Shown in pieces: positions 1-7,103 of a stretch of DNA of 14,360 bases. The stretch spans positions 1-14,360 of the forward strand of contig CAVZKL010000008.1 of NCBI GenBank assembly GCA_963775895.1. Reading direction: 5' to 3'. How positions within the stretch are numbered: the stretch's first letter is position 1; the number at the start of each line of letters is the position of its first letter. The notes beneath the pieces were generated by a model, which was not told where the DNA came from, ran no database searches, and saw only the letters and a list, made by a program, of their open reading frames with translations. This DNA comes from Candidatus Bathyarchaeota archaeon. GTDB taxonomy: Archaea; Thermoproteota; Bathyarchaeia; Bathyarchaeales; Bathycorpusculaceae. A program made the position numbers and the translations under genes.

Positions 1-197
1 TCAGCGTCCGCTTTTTGCTGCAGTTGTGTTTTCACTGTGTACTTGTATGTAAGGATGTTCCCTAAGCTGACACTCAAGTAGATCGATTGCGAAAGAATGC
101 ATGCGCCGCGCGCGCCAACCATCAAAATGTCCACATAACCACCCTCGAACAATGGGTATTCTCAACTTAGCCTGCCACATAACCCTCTAAAGACACA

Positions 198-2644
198 CTA
201 CTCATTTTTTGAGTTTGGTTTGAAAAGCAAGATCTTCGCAATTTCTCGCCAAACAATCGCGAGGAGAGCGAAGACGAAGATCAAGGCAAATTGACTAACG
301 GTGAGCGTGGAAAGCCTGAGCTGCAAACCCAATGACGGTACACCCACTGCAATGAGTAAGAACACGAATGCGAGAACTGCCCACAGATCCATTACCTTGT
401 TTGATACTGGTCCCAAGATGTAGAGCGGTTCTTTTTCTGAGCGCGTGACAAAGGCCAAGATTATATGGCCCATTATCCAAGCAGAGAAGGCAAACGTCTG
501 TGTTTCGACGACTGATAGGTTTTGCCAATGTGCGTAAAAATATGCAAGCATCACGGCCGCGAATAGACTTGCTCCAGAAACTGCAATGTCCATTATCATT
601 TTTGAATCAGGAAACTTCGCTTTTGGTTTTCTTGGCGCTCGATTGTAAATGGTCTTTTCAGCCGGTTCCGTGACGAACCCGGCCGAGGCAGCGAGATCCA
701 TAAAGAGTTCAAGCACGATTATCTGTATCGGAGCAAATGGCAGGGGCACGCCTAGGGCTAGAGGCAGTAGGAAAATGGAGATCAAAGCAGCTTTGCAGGA
801 CAGATAGTACTTCAATCCTTTTCTGAGGTTGTCAAAGAATTTGCGTCCCTCAAACACTGCTTGACCGATTGTAACGAAGTTGTCATCGGTCAACACAACG
901 TCTGCTGCTTCTTTCGCCGCGTCCGTTCCTTTCACACCCATCGCAATTCCAACATCAGCTCCTTTGAGGGCCAACGTGTCGTTGACTCCATCACCAGTAA
1001 CCGCGACAACTTCGTTATTTGCGTGCAACGCGTTTACAAGTCGATACTTGTGCTCGGGAGTCGTCCTCGCAAAGACAGATACTTCTCTCACATTCATCCG
1101 CAGTTCCTCATCCGAAAGCTTGTCCAGTTCCTCCCCGGTTAACACGGTATCTGAGGGGATTCCAACATCTTCGGCGACATAGGCTGCGGTTTGTGGATGG
1201 TCACCTGTGACCATTATAGTCCTGATTCCTGCCTTACGCATCGTCGCTATGGTTTCCTTAACGCCTTTTCGCGGGGGATCAGCAATCGAAATCAGACCTA
1301 CGAAATCCCAGTTATCTTCCAACTCTGTGAAGGGCAAATTCGCTTCATCAACAGAAACAATTTTCTCCGCAACACTGATCACCCTCATTCCCTTTGCAGT
1401 CTCGTTTTTGAGCTCTTCATCAAAAACACCTCGACTGCCTGCCGATCTCAAGATCTCTTCTGGCGCTCCAACAACCGAAAGCCAGAAACCACCATTCCTC
1501 TCTCGAAGGACGGCCTTGGTTCGTCTTACTGCTGTCAAAACCGCGTTCGCGTATGACTTTCCCAAACTCTGCTTTGACTCCGAGTTCGCCAGCTTTTTCC
1601 AAAACTGCTTTGTCAGTGGGAGACAATGACATTTCGGTCAATGTGGCAACAGCTGCACCAAGCGTTCTAGCTTCTTCGTTGAATGGAAAAATGTGAGCAA
1701 CCTGCATTCTGTTCTCAGTGATGGTTCCTGTCTTATCAGTGAGAATGACCGTCGCATCACCCAGAACTTCTGCGGCTTTGAGCTTCTTGACCAGAAACCC
1801 TTTCTGCGAAAGCCTGTAAGAGCCCAACCCCAAGATCATTGTGATAATGATCGGCAATTCTTCAGGAATGGCTGCAAAAGCAATTGCGAGCCCAGTTAGA
1901 ATCAGCGTGACAAGATCCTGCAGGTCCAAAACGGAGGAGACCCAAGAGCGGTATGATAATACTGAAGAAGATTGCGATCCATGCAAGAGTCTTCGACAAC
2001 GACTTCATTGCCAATTGTAACGGTGTTCTAGGAGGCTTGATTCTTTGAGCAAGCACCGATATTTTGCCCAATCTAGTGTTTTTGCCAGTGGCATAAGCTT
2101 TTCCTTCTCCTTCACCTGAAAGAATCAAGGTTCCGGCAAAACCGTCATCTCCAACATTCTTCTCTTTGGGAAGAGATTCACCTGTCAATACTGACTCATC
2201 GACTTGGATGTCGTAGGACACGTCGAATTTGCAGTCGGCACCGATTCGTGTGCCTTGAGTGAAAATCAAAACATCGCCAGGAACGACTTTTTCCGCGTCA
2301 ACCTCAACGATTATGCCATCTCGAAGGACTCTAGTTTTTGGAGCCGCCAGCTCGGAAAGTGCGGAAATGGCTTTTTTGGCTCGATACTCATTCCAGATTT
2401 CAACGAAAACCAACACGAAAATGACGCTGAAGATTGTTAACGCGTCTAGAAGGCTTCCGAAGACCGTGTAGACCACGCCTACAACGAGCAACAGCAAGAT
2501 CATTGGTTCGGTAACTTCTTCTTTGGCGATACCGAGAAAACTCAACGGTCGAGGCTCAACCAACCGATTTGGTCCAAACTGCTGAAGTCTTTTTTCAGCG
2601 TCAGCTTGCGAAAGCCCCTTCACCTGCTTGACTGAACTATCCAT
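198..2644 (-). CDS. Cation-transporting P-type ATPase (type II-like), about 814 aa after repairing two frameshifts (~1930 and ~1522)
   Basis: Three overlapping ORFs (1862..2752, 1420..1986, 198..1565) join into one ATPase. Motifs: GLSQADAEKRLQQFGPN, VPGD, VDESVLTGES, PEEL, DKTGT (1723-1737), DPPR, MVTGDH, FARTTPEHK, TGDGVND. ATG at 2644 is preceded by GGGCGAGGT. Confidence 0.93.
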
Positions 2645-2667
2645 ACCTCGCCCTACGTAGCTTCCGT

Positions 2668-2675
2668 AATTTAAG
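2668..2675 (-). promoter_or_regulatory. Candidate TATA box (CTTAAATT) for the P-type ATPase
   Basis: AT-rich box 24-31 nt upstream of ATG 2644, consistent with a short or leaderless transcript. Confidence 0.35.
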
Positions 2676-2946
2676 AGTTCGTGCGATACCTTAGAATCAA
2701 ACTCGACTCTAAGTGATATCAAGACGAGCCTTGCGGCGCGCGCAAGAGGCAAAAAGCGAGTTCCAAAACAAGTTCAAGAGCATCGATGGAAGAAAATGTC
2801 TATTTCACCCTGCACTCCGATGTCCTAACGCAGATGAAAAGTGTATTTTCACGAACATCGAATGAACGGCTGATATGAATTTTTCCCAATTCTCTGACTG
2901 GTTCAACTTTGGCATGCCCTCGGCGTATTGAAGGTTTCTGATTTTT

Positions 2947-2961
2947 GAAAACGTTTATTAA
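2947..2961 (+). promoter_or_regulatory. BRE/TATA promoter (GAAAACG-TTTATTAA) for the small ORF at 3004
   Basis: Purine-rich BRE followed by TTTATTAA about 45 nt upstream of the ATG; SD-like GAGGCG near 2990. Confidence 0.5.
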
Positions 2962-3003
2962 GTCTTGCGATACATGTTAATTGGATAGCGAGGCGAACGC
3001 GGG

Positions 3004-3168
3004 ATGAAAAAAGACTGTATCACAAGAAAATGCTCAGAAGTTCCGTCGGACATGCTCCATGAAGAAGGAATTCTCGTCTCAGCGACGGTCGTGTCACTGG
3101 AGGAATCTCCTCAGGAGCTTAAGAAGAAAGAAGCGCGTAAGCCACTGTATTTGATACGTTATGAGTAG
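3004..3168 (+). CDS. Small hypothetical protein, 54 aa (MKKDCITRKCSEVPSDMLHEEGILVSATVVSLEESPQELKKKEARKPLYLIRYE)
   Basis: Translated by hand; not in the ORF track. It has its own TATA box and SD-like site and fills an otherwise empty region. Confidence 0.6.
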   Translation: MKKDCITRKCSEVPSDMLHEEGILVSATVVSLEESPQELKKKEARKPLYLIRYE

Positions 3169-3387
3169 ATTTGAATGGTTGACGTGGGTTAGCGTTACGC
3201 CTAGGGACATTTTTCGTTGTTCCATTTTCTCGAGTGGTTGACCTAGACTCGTTTCAAGTAATTCAATTTACGGCAATCCAGATAGTAATCCATTGTTTCT
3301 TTTTGAGTTTGATGATAAAAAGAATTAAATAGTATTCTACCGTACTGCTTAGGTCTTTAACCCAGAATGTAATCGAGGTGATAACGA

Positions 3388-3588
3388 ATGGTCAGTGAAG
3401 GAAGAGGTCGTCTGTTCAGAAGAAAAGACGGCAAGTATCTGCTTTACCTCCCTGTTGACTTGGCTGAGGACAGCATGTTCCCGTTCAAAGAATACAAGAA
3501 AACTAAGCGTGGAACAGATGCAATTCCCGTCAAGGTAACCTTCAAGCAAGGAGAAAAGAGACTACTCATAGAAAAATGGAACGAATAG
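3388..3588 (+). CDS. Small basic protein, 66 aa, possibly an AbrB/MazE-like swapped-hairpin DNA-binding protein
   Basis: Strong SD GAGGTGAT at 3375-3382 and TTAAATA at 3325-3331. The pattern GRLFRRKDGKYLLYLP...PVKVTFKQGEKRLLIEKW resembles the AbrB beta-beta-alpha-beta-beta layout. The fold call is inference. Confidence 0.75.
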   Translation: MVSEGRGRLFRRKDGKYLLYLPVDLAEDSMFPFKEYKKTKRGTDAIPVKVTFKQGEKRLLIEKWNE

Positions 3589-3661
3589 GATGTGAAGAAG
3601 GGAACTGATCCCGTTTCAAAAACGGATGGCGCAAATAAGAAACGCTGGGAACACATGGAGC

Positions 3662-3698
3662 ATGGGCCGTGTGCCCATAGTTATTTTTCTCTTCTTCT
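3662..3698 (+). terminator. Candidate terminator: ATGGGC-cgtgt-GCCCAT hairpin followed by a T/pyrimidine tract
   Basis: 6-bp perfect stem at 3662-3678, then agttatttttctcttcttct. It lies between the convergent 3388 ORF and the tRNA. Confidence 0.4.
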
Positions 3699-3735
3699 AC
3701 CAGTTTAACGCACGTGTACATTTACAGTTTTAAAA

Positions 3736-3811
3736 TGGTAGCCCGGGAGAGATTCGAACTCTCGTCGGCGGGTCCAAAGCCCGCTATGCTTGTCCACTAC
3801 ACCACCGGGCT
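3736..3811 (-). tRNA. trnQ: tRNA-Gln (anticodon UUG), intron-less, CCA encoded
   Basis: The reverse complement folds as AGCCCGG-TG-GTGT-AGTGGACAA-GCAT-A-GCGGG-CTTTGGA-CCCGC-CGAC-GAGAG-TTCGAAT-CTCTC-CCGGGCT-A-CCA (76 nt). The A1-U72 pair is typical of archaeal tRNA-Gln. A T run follows. Confidence 0.97.
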
Positions 3812-3974
3812 ATGAGGGCAGGCTTTTTAGGGGTCAACTCTCTAATAAGCTGTTTTTGATTAAAGCCTTACTATTACCAAACCTCGAATGAACGTGCATT
3901 ATGACGCATTATAGCAGAGTAAGTAGCAGTCGTAAATATTCAGGATTTGTGGAGAGAATATTCTTGAACAGACC

Positions 3975-3990
3975 ACAAAGCTTATATATT
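3975..3990 (+). promoter_or_regulatory. BRE/TATA promoter of tfb (CACAAAG-CTTATATATT)
   Basis: TTATATA at 3982-3988 with an A-rich BRE. It implies a transcription start near 4010 and a leader of about 80 nt. Confidence 0.65.
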
Positions 3991-4092
3991 TAAACGGCTC
4001 ACGTGGTTAGCTACGCGGAACCGAACGTACTGTTTTCTGAAATATGATGAAGAACCACGACGGTTCTACGAAAAATACCGAGGCGAAATGGA

Positions 4093-5031
4093 TTGAGTAA
4101 GAAGGAAAGCGGTGTTCGCCAACGCTTAGTCGACAAGTGTCCCGAGTGTGGTAGTTCTAACCTTGTTCATGATTATGACACGGGCGAGACCGTGTGCGGT
4201 GATTGTGGACTCGTTTTGTATGAACAAATGATGGACAAAGGACCCGAATGGCGTGCTTTCACACAAGAAGAGAAAGCATCAAGAAGCCGTGTCGGCGTAC
4301 CAACATCCTATTCTGTTCACGATAAAGGCTTGTCAACGGCAATAAGCCAAGTTGACCGAGACGCTTTCGGGAGGAAACTTCCATTGTCGACCCGTCTGCA
4401 GATGTGGCGGCTTAGAAAATGGCAGATCAGGTCACGAGTACATTCTTCAATCGACAGAAACCTGGCTCAGGCAATGGCAGAGCTTGACAGACTTTCGGAC
4501 AAAGTGTACGTTCCTCCACCTATAAAAGAGAAAGCAGCCGTAACTTACCGGAAAGCTCTTGACAAGGGCCTGGTCCGCGGTAGATCAATCGCCGCAATCG
4601 CTGCAGCCGCACTCTACGCTGCTTGCCGTGGAAGCGGAACACCGCGAACATTACGCGAGATAGCTGAAGCTAGCTTAGTGGACAAGAAAGACGTCGCACG
4701 ATGCTATAGGCTACTGCTGCGCGAACTCGATGTACACATGCCCATAGCAGATCCATTGACGTACGTTTCAAAAATAGCAGAAAGAACAGGAATATCTGGA
4801 AAAACTCAGGGAATCGCAATTCAGATCCTGAGGGAAGCACGAAAGAGAAGAGCTGCTGCCGGAAAAGACCCGATGGGTTTGGCAGCTGCAGCACTATACA
4901 TTGCATGCTTGAAGAACAACGAGAAGAAAACTCAGAAAGACATAGCCGAAGCGGCAGGTGTCACCGAAGTTACTGTGAGGAACCGTTACAAGACGTTGAA
5001 GAAACAGTTGAACCTTGAGCTCCCTGACTAA
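4093..5031 (+). CDS. tfb: Transcription initiation factor IIB (TFB)
   Basis: Zn ribbon CPECGS...CGDCG, B-finger GPEWRAF, HDKGLST, two cyclin repeats (GLVRGRS, GKDPMGLAAAALY) and C-terminal GVTEVTVRNRYK. TTG start with GAGGCG upstream. Confidence 0.98.
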   Translation: MSKKESGVRQRLVDKCPECGSSNLVHDYDTGETVCGDCGLVLYEQMMDKGPEWRAFTQEEKASRSRVGVPTSYSVHDKGLSTAISQVDRDAFGRKLPLSTRLQMWRLRKWQIRSRVHSSIDRNLAQAMAELDRLSDKVYVPPPIKEKAAVTYRKALDKGLVRGRSIAAIAAAALYAACRGSGTPRTLREIAEASLVDKKDVARCYRLLLRELDVHMPIADPLTYVSKIAERTGISGKTQGIAIQILREARKRRAAAGKDPMGLAAAALYIACLKNNEKKTQKDIAEAAGVTEVTVRNRYKTLKKQLNLELPD

Positions 5032-5048
5032 CTGGCATTTTGATTCGG

Positions 5049-5252
5049 TTAGTCTTCCTCTTTTTCAAGTTCCATAACCACTGGTCCGAGATACCCGCAC
5101 TCGTTGCATAAATAGCGTGTCGGTGTAAGCCAAAAGTCAGTACTGCCGGCGAAGTGGATTGCTGGGCTCCCACATTTTGGGCAATAAATTTTGGAAGGTG
5201 GTCGCCGCTTTATGGTCTTCAATACTTCACGGATGTTTTGCAGCACCCCCAT
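5049..5252 (-). CDS. Small zinc-ribbon protein (CPKCG...CNECG), 67 aa, function unknown
   Basis: Two CxxCG knuckles and an acidic tail. It lies 27 nt downstream of sui1 on the same strand. Confidence 0.8.
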   Translation of the reverse strand: MGVLQNIREVLKTIKRRPPSKIYCPKCGSPAIHFAGSTDFWLTPTRYLCNECGYLGPVVMELEKEED

Positions 5253-5279
5253 GTTGCGCTTGCACCTCTTATGCTGATT

Positions 5280-5588
5280 TCACTGAAGCTCAATATTCTC
5301 TTGTGGATACCCCATCTTTATCAAGAACTCGCGAACCCGCTCCCTATGATCGCCTTGAAGCATGATCTGGCCATTCTTGGCCGTCCCACCGCACGCACAA
5401 GCGCCCTTCAATTTCTGCGCGATTCCTGCAAGATCGGTGTTCTTCTCGTCTATGCCGTCTACTATCGTTGTAGGTTTTCCGAATTTCCGTGTCTCCAAGC
5501 GTATGCGGATTCGCAGTTGTTCTTTCTCGATTTCGCCACAAGCGCATAAGTCCTTCGGTAGCCCGCATGTGGAACAAATTTCAGCCAT
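5280..5588 (-). CDS. sui1: Translation initiation factor SUI1/aIF1, 102 aa
   Basis: N-terminal CSTCGLPKDLCAC, RKFGKPTTIVDGI, KLKGACACGGTAK and LQGDHR are SUI1 signatures. The start is placed at ATG 5588 (MAEIC), about 30 nt downstream of a TATA box. Confidence 0.96.
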   Translation of the reverse strand: MAEICSTCGLPKDLCACGEIEKEQLRIRIRLETRKFGKPTTIVDGIDEKNTDLAGIAQKLKGACACGGTAKNGQIMLQGDHRERVREFLIKMGYPQENIELQ

Positions 5589-5617
5589 TTCGCTCAGGTC
5601 TAAAACTGCTCGCGAAG

Positions 5618-5632
5618 TATATAAAACTTTCA
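5618..5632 (-). promoter_or_regulatory. BRE/TATA promoter of sui1 (TGAAAG-TTTTATATA)
   Basis: Canonical TATA box 30-38 nt upstream of ATG 5588. Confidence 0.65.
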
Positions 5633-5848
5633 AATCAATCCTCTATAAGTCAAATCCAGGGCGATATTACCAGATTCGTCGGCGCACATGAAGGTTGAAG
5701 CACCGCACCTTCCAGAACGAGTTATTTCATAGGAACCCGATGGAAAAACGACGCTCTGGCAAAGCAGTGTTCTACCGGGAACTTGCTCTCATTTTGAAAA
5801 TCTTCATGGCCGCTGTCCATCTCGGTCCCTCCTTGGATTAACGGTAGG

Positions 5849-5855
5849 TTTAAAA
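5849..5855 (+). promoter_or_regulatory. TATA box (TTTAAAA) for the thiolase-like/HMG-CoA synthase cluster
   Basis: About 50 nt upstream of ATG 5904, with SD AAGGAG at 5891-5896. It also reads TTTTAAA on the minus strand. Confidence 0.55.
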
Positions 5856-5903
5856 GCGCTCTTGAAAAGCATATTTGCTAATCGAACTTGAAGGAGTATT
5901 ACG

Positions 5904-7101
5904 ATGCAAAACCGTCCAGCCATCGTTGCTGCTGGAAGAACAAAGTTTGGGGAACATTATGAGAAAGAGCCCGAAAAGCTGATTGAAGAAGCATGGCTGA
6001 AAGCGGCTTTGGAAGCGAACATAGAACGCAAAGACCTTGAAGCATGTTATCTCTCGGACTACTTTCTCCCGATCACGAATAAACTCGGGTTGGAAGAGGG
6101 GTTTCTCTCGGAACTGACTGAGCTTCACGCTCCGATGGAGGTTACTCGTTCCTTCAGTTCAGCTTTGACAAACGCCTGTAACGCGATTCAAGCTGGACGA
6201 TTCAGTATGGTGCTTGTGGGCGGAATAGAGAAGATGACTGATCGGTGGGACAAGATTCGCGACGATCTGATGTTGCTTGAGGACCCCTGGAGCTACTACG
6301 CAGGTTGTACGCCTGAAGCAAACCATGAACTCATGTTGAGAGCTTACATCAAGAAATACGGGCTGAAAGGAGACGACTTGGAAAAACTGAACATCGCTCT
6401 GGCTCAGATCGCTGTCAAGAACCACTTCCACGGATCAAAGAACGAATATGCACAGTATCAGAGGAAGATAACGGTCGAACAAGTTTTGAAAGCAAGGAAA
6501 GAGGCAAATAAGCCACTGGGACTCTACGACTTCGCACCGATTTCAGACGGTGCAGCCACGCTCATTCTGACCAGCGAAAGTGTCGCCACGAAGTTTACAG
6601 ACAAGCCTGTTTACGTTCTGGGTTCGTCCTCAGCCACTGACTATCTGACGTACCCGGCAAGAGAAGACATGACACACTTTCTTGTGACTCGATATTCGAT
6701 GAAAAACGCTCTCAAGAGGGCCGGAAAAAACCTGTGGGACATTCAGGTTCTTGAACTCTATGATCAGTCAACTGTAATGGAAATGGTTTCGCTCGAGGAT
6801 TTGGGGTTCTGCCAGCCGGGGACCGCATGGAAAGAAGTGTACGAAAGCTGCAAAGACTACAAAGGATGCTATGAAATAGAAGGGCACAAGCTGCACGTGA
6901 ACATGAGCGGTGGGCTGAAGGCCGACGGAAACCCGTTGGGAGCGACGGGAGGCGCCCAGATCTTCGAAATCGTCCGAGCAACTCAGAGGCGAGGCGAGCG
7001 GCCGACAAGTGGAGTGCGATAAAGAGTTGAAGTGTGGTTGTGTCCTTGAACTCGAAGGTTTCGGAACAAAGGGTTACACCTACATTCTTGGGAGAGACTG
7101 A
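5904..7101 (+). CDS. Archaeal-type thiolase-family protein lacking the canonical catalytic residues, about 398 aa after repairing a frameshift at ~6975
   Basis: Scaffold motifs GRTKFGE, GGIEKMTD, NEYAQ, APISDGAA, EDLGFC, NMSGGLKA and GATG. Removing one C in gtcCgag gives IVEQLRGEASGRQV...GFGTKGYTYILGRD*, a normal thiolase C-terminus with TGA at 7099-7101. Confidence 0.9.
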
Positions 7102-7103
7102 GA

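Noticed and set aside
1-134. Open minus-strand frame VDILMVGARGACILSQ... running off the left edge, faintly like a universal stress protein motif
   Set aside because: Too short and truncated. The motif would normally lie near a USP C-terminus, and there is an in-frame stop just upstream.
153-165. 13-bp match (TTGAGAATACCCA) between the minus strand here and 8661-8673
   Set aside because: A 13-mer match is expected by chance in a 14-kb two-strand self-comparison, and the flanks do not extend it.
3592-3708. 38-codon GTG-started ORF after the AbrB-like gene (possible toxin partner)
   Set aside because: No SD or recognisable motif, and it runs through a terminator-like hairpin.
2645-3735. Integrated mobile element at the tRNA-Gln 3' end
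   Set aside because: No integrase and no duplicate of the tRNA 3' end is visible in the window.
4088-4096. ATG-GAT-TGA mini-uORF overlapping the tfb TTG start
   Set aside because: A two-codon ORF can easily arise by chance or by an indel. There is no independent support for a regulatory role.
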